Of a DNA stretch of 64,000 nt, positions 28,101-39,700 are shown piece by piece (within the stretch, counting starts at the first letter, position 1; the number at the start of each line of letters is the position of its first letter). Both the position numbers and the translations under genes were made by a program. Source of the stretch: Marsupella aquatica. Lineage: Eukaryota > Plantae > Marchantiophyta. The notes under the pieces are model-generated. The model was given only the letters and a program-made list of their open reading frames with translations. It had not been told where the DNA came from and made no database searches. The stretch spans positions 19,332,754 through 19,396,753 of the forward strand of contig OZ316896.1 of the NCBI GenBank assembly GCA_973895155.1, written 5' to 3'.

Positions 28101-28883
28101 TGTTCCACAATGATGAGAATCTCTGGATGATTCAGTTTCTTGGACTGAAAGATAGCCGCCGTCAAACTCGGAAATACTAGCTATCTGATTCTCGGTGATG
28201 AAAGAGAAGTACCTTAGAAATTGAATCAAAATGCGTCGTCTACAAACTGAGTTGCAACTTACACGCAAGGAGGTTGAGATCCTAAAAGCAAACTAAGAAT
28301 GAAAAAAGTATGATAGCTTGAATCGCTCGAGAAGAAAGACAACCGTGAGACAAACGAGAAAAATGGATCAGACCATACTGTCTTACCATTGAATATATGT
28401 ATCGACTGAATGGGTGTCATGTTAACCAAAAAATTGGGAAAGTCAAAATCTCCCAAGATAACGAAGAAATTGGGCATCAGGACGTAACCCACTACGCTAC
28501 AATGACTGTTCAAGATCTCGAAAGTCTGGCCCTGGATTTGTAGTACTACGTTGTCGAATCTAATACAGGTACTTTTATGAATGGTTACCAAAAGATCTGT
28601 TGTACACTAGGAAAGCTTTTCCGCCTATACTTCTCGACATGGAGAGAGATCCTGGGTCCGATCGAGAAATCTCATCTACTTGAAATGGACAGTTGTGAGT
28701 TTATGGGTGTTCACCAAATGTCGTGCGCCGCCGAGCATTGTTGCCCGGATTAATTTCTCAATCACTGGAGGCTTGGGCTCATTGTGATAGCGGTTGTCCA
28801 GTTCAAGATGGATGGATCCACTGAGTAAATAAAGAATTCTTACAAATTTAAAACCCTGTCGGTGGATAGTTGTGGATCATAGT

Positions 28884-29408
28884 TTAAAAGCATATAGGGC
28901 ACCTCGTTAGCCCATTCTCGTTGCAGTGGGCACAGCGGACGGTGATGTTTTCGTCGTCGACCACCTTGCAGCTGCCTCTACAATGGGAGCAGGGAACGAA
29001 GCGAAATCCGCCACAACCGTGGCACCGCTCGCAGGACGTTTGAATGGGCAATGTCTGGAGAAGCTTGGGTAGAACGCCATCTTCATGCAGCAGAGACACC
29101 TCCTCCGGTCCACCGATGTAGCGACCCTTGATGAACAACCTCGGCAGCGGCACGGGCTTGGAGCTGTTAAGAAGATCGTTCAGCTCTCGCCTGAAGTCTG
29201 CGTGCATGGACACGTCTCTCTCATCCACTTTGAAGCGAAGCGCCTCTAGGATGTGTTTCATGCGGCTGCAATTGTCGAAGGTCTTTCTGATGCCACGCAG
29301 GCTGGTGTGGTATAGCACGACTCGCTGTTCTCCTCCGGGGGGGCACCTCTTCTCGAATTTCTCAAGTGGGTCCTGCAGGCTCCTCTCGAAATCGGGCTCG
29401 AAATCCAT
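28884..29408 (-). CDS. Glutaredoxin-like domain protein with C-terminal CxxC repeats (plant GRX-like / GRXCR type)
   Basis: CPPGGEQRVVLYHTSLRGIRKTFDNC, ERDVSMH..FR.EL, LPRLFIKGRYIGG.EEV, C..CGG.RFVPC..C.GSCK, RC..CNENGL.RCP.C. First in-frame ATG is at 29408; an upstream exon cannot be excluded. Confidence 0.9.
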   Translation of the reverse strand: MDFEPDFERSLQDPLEKFEKRCPPGGEQRVVLYHTSLRGIRKTFDNCSRMKHILEALRFKVDERDVSMHADFRRELNDLLNSSKPVPLPRLFIKGRYIGGPEEVSLLHEDGVLPKLLQTLPIQTSCERCHGCGGFRFVPCSHCRGSCKVVDDENITVRCAHCNENGLTRCPICF

Positions 29409-30979
29409 CCTGCAGCGAATTGAGCCAAGCGAAGTGAAGCGATCCTCCGCCAACAACCCGGCATACACGGAATAGTGATCCTCAACATTTCATCATGAGC
29501 TTTTCATCAATGTGTGATGCCATTTTGGGGACCGACAGACGATCGATCTGGATTGATGCTGTGCAAGTATCCTCTACCGTCCTCCAATCATACCTTGGCA
29601 TAGTACCCTAAATTTATTTCCTTCATACTATATTACCACTACTCCACTCCCGACTCCACTACGAGAATGGCTCGCATTAGCCGAAAGATGCCGTGCTTTG
29701 GCGGTACAGTGCTTGAACGACAGGTTTTACTCGGGAGGCAAGATACTACAGGAGCCGGTAACTATACCCATTCAACTAGCTGCAGGCCATATTGTCGCCT
29801 TGGTGGTCGGCTGATGATGAAGGATAGCAGGGCACAGGGCACCTATTGAGCCCTAGAGCATTGGCCTTTGGGACAAGCCTACTAGGGGACCGGCTCTAGA
29901 AAGAGAGAGGCTTGACGTCTGGTTGAGTATCTTGAGTCAGATACGTACCAACAGCAGTCGGTGAGGATATTGCCGAATTTTGATTACTGGAATCTAATCG
30001 GTCCTGGGATTCCACAATACTCACGATCTTTGGTTTGCATTCTTGCGGTGCTGTACTACTGATGCACCGGACTAGTACGAGAAGAACAGTCTTTCTTGTC
30101 CACTGTTGTGCAGCATGTTTCGCTCTTGGAGGAGGAGACAGATCGAACGATTTCTTGGCAATATTAGTTGTGCTGTTGAGATCGCTCAAGAAAGTGAGGT
30201 TCCAGCTCACGGATGTTCGTTTCTCGTATGATCCACTAGCGAGAGGGCGTTTTCTTGGCCTGAGATGATGTTGGCTGGAAAATCGAGACCAGGCATCCAG
30301 TTTTTTCAATCCACTGTGGGATGTCATGTGCTGTGCTGTTTTGCTTTGTTTTTGTTTATGAGTGAACACTCCACACTTTGTTGTTTTTCAGAAGCATAGG
30401 GCACAATTGAGCACATGATACACAGCAGCCTTCTTGTCCTTCCTGTTTTTAAAATTTACCCAACGTGGCGTCTAGCTCTGGAAGGAGGGAGTAACGTTGC
30501 ATTAAGGAACGGTATTTAGTTAGTTCAACTGATGTTCTAATTGACGATAGTGTTGTAATTTTTTGGTATCATTTTACAAATGTATCACGATTTCATATAT
30601 AGTTTGAGACCACAAGTTCACTAAAGTAACTAGGGGACCATCTACAAGAAATATGGTATATGTGTAAATTTATACAAGAAAAACAATGGTAGTATTGTAG
30701 ATTTAAACATTTTTACTGCTAGTGTATTTTAAAGCTGTTAGCTAGTTATTCAAGACGGACAGTGCTGTACAGTACTGTCTGGCTAACTCTCTCCCACTGT
30801 GGATTTACTAGTGGCAAATGGTAGAGATTTTTTCATGTTTTAGCCTCAGTATCATTAGCCAGTCTATCTTTAAGTTACAGTAGGTTCTAGCACTTTTTGC
30901 CACAAACTGGTTGATTCAGAGCCAGCCGCAACTTAAACCAATAGCCAGCAAAAGGGACAACAAGATACCACACAAGGGA

Positions 30980-32164
30980 GAGATATATGCTTGATGGGCT
31001 CTTTGGTGAACTTTCTTACTTGATGGGCCCCTATGAAACTTTTTTTAATTTAATAGGCCCTTACTAAACTTTTTTTTAATCTAATAGGCCCTCTCTTAAT
31101 GAGCCGTACTCAATCTTCTTATGAGGTGCCATCTTCTTATGAGGTGCCAAACTGTGTAGTTGACCACAACCGGGTTCTAAATAGGGTGGGGGTGGGTTTA
31201 GCCATGACGACATATTGCATTATGTATTTGTGTGTTGTGAGGGGTTTAGGTTGTCGCCGCTACCTGACAATCATCGCTCTTTGATTCTTTGTGTTGTGGG
31301 AAGGAAGCGCTCAGGTTTTGTTGATGCCTGGGCTTTTGTCAATGTTTGGGTTTTGTCGATACCTTCAGGTTGTTGATTGAAGACCAGTGCCTAGTGCCCA
31401 GTGACAAAAAATGAGTGCCCAATGGCCAGTGATAGAAAAAGTGCTTGTGGAAGTACTAAGATCATAACAACTGCACGTACATGTGCTCCAAACTGATAGA
31501 CTTTGCATATAAAAAATGTCAAGAAAACCCTCTGTGGAGCACATGAAAGTAAGCCCCATGACTACCCCATGGTATAGTACAAATTCAAATCTGAAGACAT
31601 AATCTATATTGTCTTTACTTCACAGTTTATGTAGTGTCAGTGGTTCAAATCCGAAGACATAACCCATATTGTCTTTACTTTGCAGTTTGGGTAGCAGCGG
31701 CCGCAAATTCTGTAGTTCCTCTATATAATGGTGTCGTTTGCCCATTTTGTTCAACCATGCAAGGTCGGGTGCAGTTGGTCATTGCATCAAGAAAACATTG
31801 GTTATAGTGACTTCTACAAGAACAATTGACACAGAAAGTGAAGCAGGGGTCTCACTATATGGAGGCCCTCCTCATCACCTGCAACATTTTTAAGTCCCGA
31901 ACCCCCTAAAATGTAAGATTTTTATTTTTATTTTTAACCCCTATTAACCTAGAATATTTTTGGAATATTCCAAAATTTGATTAAAAAAACTCTAATGTTC
32001 TTATAAATCTCAAAATCGGATTTAAAAGACCTTATTGTACTTTTGAGAAAATTCTTAAGTCTTCCTGTAGAATCAATAAATTGACCCTATCCTTCATTGC
32101 ACGTGATGTGCCATTTTTGTGGAAGTGAAACCACCGAGGAGAGGGCCCATCAAACATATATCTC
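30980..32164. mobile_element. Non-autonomous Mutator-type element (9-bp TSD) carrying a nested MITE
   Basis: TIR GAGATATATGCTTGATGGGC / GCCCATCAAACATATATCTC. Flanks CACAAGGGA (30971-30979) and CATGAGGGA (32165-32173) are both derivable from CACGAGGGA by CpG decay. It also has subterminal TGATGGGCCC/TAATAGGCCC repeats and internal 18-bp and 60-bp tandem duplications. Confidence 0.75.
31846..32138 (-). mobile_element. MITE family A, copy 3 (inverted relative to 41206-41502)
   Basis: Aligns end to end with the reverse complement of 41206-41498. The left terminus is eroded and no TSD is evident. Confidence 0.82.
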
Positions 32165-32683
32165 CATGAGGGACCAAGAACAAAAACACCATCTCCAAAC
32201 CCAAGGAGCCTCCTCAATATGGAGGTTTGTTTGGAGTGCATGTGATAACACACTTATAGGAATTTGAGTATGGTGTTAACTCCCATTTTCATTAATAAAT
32301 TTACTTTTTTCCTGGGTACTCAACTCTTGTATAACAGGTAGGGGTCTAAATTTTTAGATGGACCAAAAAATTGGCTATAAGAAATATTAAAATGAAAAAA
32401 ACCTGGGATTTCCACTTTTTAGTTTTAGTTTTTTTATTGTAAACTTTGTTCCATGATCTTAGGTTGCAGTTGTAACTCTAGAGTATGATATAATGGTAGA
32501 CACCATTTTTTAAACTAGCTACTTGCTTTCTATTGTTTTTATTTATTTTAAATTTTAATTAATTTTTTAAAAATCTTATTCCAAGGAGAACCAGAGAAAG
32601 AACAAAAACCTGCATGGCAGGAGAAGGCAAGAAAGAACAAGAGCAATTAAAGTGGATGAGAATTTCTCTGTGTTAAAATATAA

Positions 32684-34200
32684 TATGGATAACCAACTCA
32701 ATATCACGTTATGGAATATATCTGGCTTATGTGACCCAAACCTTAAAATCATAATACGTAAATGGATTCTTGATCTGCATCTTCCTCTGCACATTCTTAT
32801 CCTACTCAAACTAAAGGCTGATGATTTCTGTCTTATCTCTGCCCTCTCATTCATTCTCCCTCACTATAGAACTCTCATCGCCCATCCGGTAGCTGGTAAG
32901 GGAGGTGCGGCAATTATTATTCACCCCTCACTCCAAGTAGAAGCTCATGGTATTTTTCCTCACAGCTGTTCAATATGGGCTCACATAGTGAGTGATTTAG
33001 GTAATTATGGCATAGTCGGCCTTTATGCATCTAACGACAGCGCAATACGCAAATATCTATGGGAAGATCTCTTGACTTTTTTGCCTAGTAGGAATTGGAT
33101 AATTGCTGGCGATTTTAATATGACTGAGAAACCTATTGATTCAGCGGCTGGTCTCTCTTCTTTGCTTTCTGGATCTGAATTGGCTACTTGAGGTGCTCTT
33201 AAGACCCGCCCTGACTTATCTGATGTGTTCAAACTTGTTAGTAAAATCTCTGGATCCTGATTCACATGGAGACGTGACACTATTAATGGTATCCTCCAAT
33301 CTCGCCTAGATCAATTCTACCTGAGTAACAAAGGCGCATGGATAGACCAGGTAATATCCCTATCTCATCATCATGATCGGCCGTTGTCTGCTCACTGCCT
33401 AGGCTTTTTTTGCATTATTAATTCACAATCCAATGTCTCTAGCACATTAGTCAGATCCTCATATTTTAAGGCTAACTCGTGGGTCCTGCGGAATGAGCAA
33501 AACATGGCTTTACTGGAACAGGCCTGGACAAGTCACTTGTCATACACTAGTGACTCCAAATTAGCCGGGGGGTTCACCTTATGAAATTGTTGTATACCAT
33601 GTGCGAACGCCCCTATTTAATCACTCTCTCAAAAAGGAATAGGAAGCTCAAAAAACCCATCAATCATTTATTGACACATGGCAAGCAATGAATCATGTGA
33701 TGACAAGTGACACTTTTGAATTGTTCCCCCCTTACTTACTTCCTCGCTACTTCTAAGTACTTCCCTAAAATGAATGGGAAAATGAATAAAATGCCCCTTA
33801 CTTCGTTCGAACATGATGTCAACATTTGTGGAAGTGACCCCCCCCCCCAAAAAAAAATTAGCTTTTTACCTGGCCAGCAAGCAATTTTGTAGTAAGTACA
33901 AGACCATACAAAACCAAAAAACCAGCAAACAAATAACTACAGAGAATCTATGGAAGAAAGTCCTCTCTTTGCGTTCCACATCAGATCAGAATAATAATAG
34001 GAACACCCTATCTGAGCTATGTCAAGCAGAGTCAGTCCTCCGTGACTCAGAGTTCCAAGAAGCCATAGACTTACGTAAGAAGTCAAGGATTAGATGGTTG
34101 GGTCTAGGAGATGCTTCCACAAAAGTTTTTTTCAATATAGTTAGAATTCAGCAGCAACGAGCATTCATTCCAAACTTACAAGTAGCTAACGAATCAGTAG
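32684..34200 (+). pseudogene. L1-clade LINE ORF2 fragment (APE endonuclease plus linker; no RT), interrupted by a MITE
   Basis: WNISGL, GKGGAAIII, GLYAS, WIIAGDFN, FTW..., SRLD.FY, LS(A)H, then RKKSRIRWLGLGDASTKVFF. It has in-frame stops and is truncated before the RT domain. Confidence 0.85.
33566..33854. mobile_element. MITE family A-related copy 4 (8-bp TSD AAATTAGC), inserted in the LINE
   Basis: Ends CGGGGGGTTCACC... and ...CTTCGTTCGAACATGATGTC...GTGGAAGTGACCCC(n). TSD at 33558-33565 and 33855-33862. Confidence 0.8.
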
Positions 34201-35039
34201 TTAATGATGGTGTCCACTTTTTGGTTTTTGGAGTCATATAAGAATTTTGATTTTCTTTCTTTTTCACATAAAATTAACAAATATTTCTAAAGTTGTCAAA
34301 CTTTTTTACTAATTTATAAATAAAAAAAATCCTATAATGCTGGCTAGCTAGTATGGTTGTAGACCCCTATATTAAAAAAACTATATAATTTGGTTTTCAT
34401 CTAGTTCTTCAACATCAAAACATCTTCATGTTTTTTTTTAAAGTTACATTTTTGTATTCGTTTAGTTAGAGCCACAAAAATTTAGTAAACTAAAATGAAC
34501 CACACATGGTCAATTGCATATTAGGCCATTATAAGAAATTAAAAACTTGCCTTATAAAAAGAGGAGCTGTCAACCCAATTTTTTTTAATTCCTTGTAAAA
34601 GTTTTATATCCAAATGACCATGGAAAGTTTAAGTTTCAAGTTGTACTCTCAACTCATGGTAATATGTATAGAGAGACCTAACTGTAAAAACATGCCAAAC
34701 TTGTTTTGATGCAAAAAAATCATGTGAAACTTTTTGTTAATACAGGATAACCAGCCAAACTAGGTTACATTTTGGGTTCAATTTTAAGAAAAAAAAATTA
34801 TTTTTTTAATGAAATTTATACCTGAATTTCAAGGATTGTTTTAATCTCATGTGGAAAAAGAGGAAACCAAGAATATTAAAAAGTTAAAACCAGTGTTTTA
34901 TTACAACATAGTACTCATTTGGAGCTATCAGGATTTCAATCAACAGAGGGATCGGAGTTAGTCAGAACACCCTATCATGTCACATCACTATATTCATTAA
35001 AACTGTACTTTTAAAAGTCCATAAGATGAACCCTAAAGT

Positions 35040-35150
35040 TATTTTTTTCAGGCCAAATTTCTATTAAAGGATTCCCAAAAGCTAATTTTTTCCAGCCCAA
35101 ATATACACTTTTGAACGCCCAAATTTATTTTTTTTCACTCAAATGTTTAA
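35040..35150 (+). repeat. Left subterminal CCAAAT repeats of the CACTA-ended element
   Basis: GGCCAAATTT, CCCAAAA, GCCCAAAT, GCCCAAATTT, CTCAAAT at ~21-22-bp spacing. A matching array lies at 58505-58690. Confidence 0.6.
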
Positions 35151-35446
35151 TAATAACTTAAATCATACATTTTAATTAATTTAAAAATTAGAGTAAATTT
35201 AATTTAGTCCAAAAATCAGAGGCCAATACCACTCAGACCATCTATAAATTAAAAAATATAGATGGTCATAAATCAAGGGTCAAAATGAGATTGACCCACT
35301 ATATAATTATTAAATTGTCCAGTCTAGTGAGAGAGCCTCACACTAAGCATATCCTAATTATTTACTTTATCCTACATGTTCAAAACATATCCTTTGACAT
35401 AATATGAATGTACAATTCAGGGTAGGCACTAGAGCAACCCTATCTC

Positions 35447-35656
35447 TTAATGATCAAGACAAAACTCATTTGAACAAGAAAGTCTGCTTCCTGATTTATC
35501 ATAGCGGATGTCACGGTTGCAAGTATCTCTCGCATGGTGGTTCTTAAACTTATTGGTGAGATCCCTAGTTCTGAGAACTTTCCAAATAAAATGCCTTCTA
35601 TTTTGTGTATGAGGACCAGAATAGTTGTCTCCAAGTATTACGTTTGCAGTTTCTTC
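35447..35656 (-). pseudogene. Displaced 3' end (69 codons plus stop) of the cargo gene's phosphatase exon
   Basis: The open frame EETANVILGDNYSGPHTQNRRHFIWKVLRTRD...CSNEFCLDH* joins in frame to ...ETWTTDEI (46797) once the insert and one GATCTCAT copy are removed. Confidence 0.8.
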
Positions 35657-36762
35657 GATCTCATCCCTGGGCCCTCACTCCTTGTATATTATACAATCAT
35701 ACCTGTGAGCCTCCCCTACACACGTACCCCTTCTTATTAATTTTTCTCCTATAGAGATTATCCTTGTTTTTTTTATAAAAAACCAAACATTTACTCTTAT
35801 TAAAATATCTTCAGTGTATTACAAAAGTGAGTTTTGAGCAATAATAATTATTCTTCATATATTACAATTTGTATTGAGCGATAATGCTTAACGCTGCCGG
35901 GTATGCTGCAATCTTTATATATGTAATCGAGTATGTAACTGGAGAGTTTTTTTGAAGACCAAGTTACCACTGGTCATGTATGTATATAACCGCTCTATAA
36001 AGGAGATGAAAATGGTAAGTCTTTATAAATCTAAAGACTGATATTGAATCAGCTATTGAATCAGCTAACCCCGCAGCTAACCTAAGACAATACAAACCTA
36101 AGACTCCTGCCCACTATCATGCCTTCCAATGCTGGTCTGCTTCATAAGTGAATAGTCACTTATGTGTACAGGCCATTCTGCTTGCCAAAAAATATGATTG
36201 TAAAAATGGGAAGGGACAATTGCAGGCAAATCATATGATTTTCGAACAGAGATCACACTCCATAGCCCCTCCACACTTGCCTCTACTTCAGGAATCACAA
36301 CATCTATGATTCCTAAACCACAACCTCCAGAACTCTCCTTAGCTATCTCCTTGTTGCTCCACTCTTCTTTGCTGTAATCAGGGCTGCCTTTCCCCTGTGC
36401 CTTCCTTGACTTTGGAACTCTGGAATAAACCACAACAGCTGCTGCAGTTGTCAGACCTCCAGTACCGGGTCTGCTTCTCCTCCTGCTCAGTCTAGAGCGT
36501 TTCTTCATCACTGTTGTCCCCACCTTAGTCATCTCGAAGTCTCCAATACACCTGATCCACAAATGGACCAACACCATGAATGAGTATTATATTGAATACA
36601 ACCAGATCTACAAGGTTTACAGATAACATATCAGAATACGCTTAGGATGTTTTCAAATCTTAACTTGCTACCTTCGCTCCTCTGGAGAATGTGTTACCCC
36701 GGTGTGTAACTGATGAATGATAAACATTAGGCATGGAGTGTACCTGCCCCAAATACAGGTCA

Positions 36763-39700
36763 TCATTCTATGTTGTTCTTTACAAAATTGTCGAGGGCAG
36801 TCACATCATCTGGAGGCAACTTAAAAATAGTTGGATAGAGAGGATCCACTGTAAAACTCACAGTTGATATGACACAGTCCAAGTCAATGGTCTATGGATC
36901 ACACATATTATAAGCAAATTTGTTCCTACTAGACCCAACCGGTGTAAACCAATTGAACACTACTTGACATGCAGCTTCGGAACCAGGTCTATCAAGTAGA
37001 TCCAAAGGTTCTCTAGATCTGCAAACACTGTTACCATACTTTCGGTGGATGCTTTGCACCCTGCCAATCCACCAAACATACTTTGGCCCATATGCAGAAC
37101 GTACACACTGCTACCGGATCTCCTCTTGGCTTCTTTGGATTGGTCACATTTTGTTTTGATTTCCTTCCACCTGCTTTCCCTTTGGATGCTTTTGCTACGG
37201 CCTCTGAGTTTCGAGTTGCCCTGACCTCATGTTGTGTTTCATCAAGGAAGAAAACACCACAGTCAGTGCCCACTGTCATGAACATAGTTGGTACACCCTC
37301 TCTATAGTTGGGTTTGTCCACTAAATTATTGAAGTACACACTCTGTTTCACACGAGTCAATCGGTCCTTACTCAAGTGGGGGTTTCCAATCAGCTGGCTG
37401 ACCAATGTACTTTTGTAGATCTGTCGCTCTTGAAAACACACAGTTGGCTTCACTTGCTTAATTGGTGCACCATACAACAAGTCTGAATGCATGATATTCA
37501 TTGTTGCATACAATTCGGAGGCAGCTTCCTCTACATGAGCGTCTACGTAACGGACAGACATCCCAGGGAAGGAACTCTCAGTCTCAGTCTCAGCGCCAGC
37601 TACAATCCCCAGGGTGGTAACAATAGGTGAAGCTTCCAAAATCATTGTATCAATCTCAGTGACAGTTTGAGGTTGGGCTTCACCATTCAAAGCAGGTCGC
37701 ACATCTCGAATGTCCAAAGTATCTCGTACATCTACAAGTGTATCCACATTGATGTCACGTACACCATCCACCAGACTTCACCCCTTTTGACTCAACTTTC
37801 CACGGTGAGTTCCACCATAGCTTATCCTTGCAAGATGTTGAAGGATTCATTTCCAGCTCAGTTGCAGCACATTGTGCCAAACTTAATCCCTCCTGCAATG
37901 CAACCACGATTGCTGCATTTGTCTCTATCCCTGTATAATCTGTCTGATCTGGACAGACATGAACTGCCTCTGAATCTAATTGAAGATCCATCCAAATGTT
38001 CGAATGCTTTTTGTGGCTCTTTCCAGCACCCATCAATCCCTCTGATACATCCATTGCAGCCAATCTGTTAAGATTAGTGGCACACTCCACTAATTCTGAC
38101 AAGTCATAGCTTCGCTCACGACCGTTCATGCCCCCTACTTTTGAGAAGAATTGCTCACACGCATCTGAGCCAGTCAACTCTAGAGGCACTGGAAGATGCT
38201 TGAAGTGGTCTCGGAATTGGATTATCAACAGAACTATAAAATAGACTGACATTTGAACATCAAGAAAGGTTTGCATAGGGATACAGTTCCGCATGAAAGT
38301 AATTGGTTGTGTATTCCCCCCTACAGTATGGTTCCCATGGAAGCACCATAGGCGCCACAGTCTGAAGAAGAAACCCACCTTCCCACAAAGTACAACCCTC
38401 TCCCGTAGAGTGAGCCGAGGGTTCATGAATATATCCAGATAATCTCCACATATACGAACAAACACCTCAGTTCCAAGTGCGAGCTCCACCCTTGCATCCT
38501 TCCGCAGATGCAACATCCTCAGCGTAGAACCCGCCTTACGACTACAAATCCTTTGTGCACTAGCCCAATTTTGCCTATCATTTCGTGTTACATCATCATG
38601 GTTCAGCCCATGAAGGTCATGGTCATATAAACCTAACAGGAGTCTCAGATGACTCAGGTTGGCCACTTGAGTCCCCAGTTTCAATATCTGAGCTGAAGAA
38701 TCCAATGGGTTCACTAACTTCTTCCCATTGTGGATATAGTCTTGGTCATGTAGCCCAACAGCGTGGGTCAATGGCCCATCACCTGTCATAGAGTGGCTCA
38801 ATTTCCAGCCTTCCCACCCAAGGCTAAATCTTGGCCCTGCCTTCTGACAGCCAGTATAGTCCTCCAACATTAACTTCCTCCTGCGTGCATCACCGTCACT
38901 TGCATGGCCGAGTAAAGGCCCCACACTCTCCAGACAATGAGTGTTCCACAATGACTCCAGGATATCCCACTGCTCTCTAACCCAAGGAGCTTTAAATCTA
39001 TTACATGTACCTGTAGCTAGTATAAGCAACCGTGGGAATCCCTCTGCAAGGGGATTGACTACTATACAACGAGCCATCTGCCCTACCACATTGTTGTCAA
39101 AAGCATCAACGATGATGTGGAAGCCAAGTTCTCCTTCGCCCACTTCTATCTCCCACCCAACAAGGCATACATGCTCTGTTTGGGTGCCGCAAAACCCAAT
39201 CATGGTGTCATGTTTTGGCAGCCACCTGCAAGAAACCAAAACTGAGTTCTTGGTTTCCAGATGGAGCCTACATAATAGTTGAAACAGAGATAAAGGTGAA
39301 ACTAGGATCCAACACCATGACATGACTAACATCATGCGTGAGGGCCTGAAGTACAACATCATGCATGAGGGCCTGAAGAAAGTACCTTACTGTTTTTTTG
39401 ACAGTGGTCTCATCTTCTGCCAAATAACAGGGAACTGGCCCTTTGATGTTGAGTCTCTCTTTCAGTTTGGAGTACACTTGAGAGACAAACATAAATTGTT
39501 CAGCATGGATTCCTGCTCGGAATACTGCCATCCCTCTTCTGTCCCGTTGAAGGGTGTTTATGCTTGGCCCTATCCCATTACTTGCAAGGCAGTCAACAAC
39601 ACGTCGACCACCATGCAAGAAGAGTGTTTGGCAGAGAAGCTTTGTTCCAGCCTTGAACCTATATCCCTCCTTTGTCGTATTCAAGTTTGAAGCTATATCA

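Noticed and set aside
34200-34985. AT-rich flank (and 58730-59600) as part of the CACTA-ended element
   Set aside because: It lies outside the TIRs. It is probably an older repeat that received the insertion, and its ends could not be defined.
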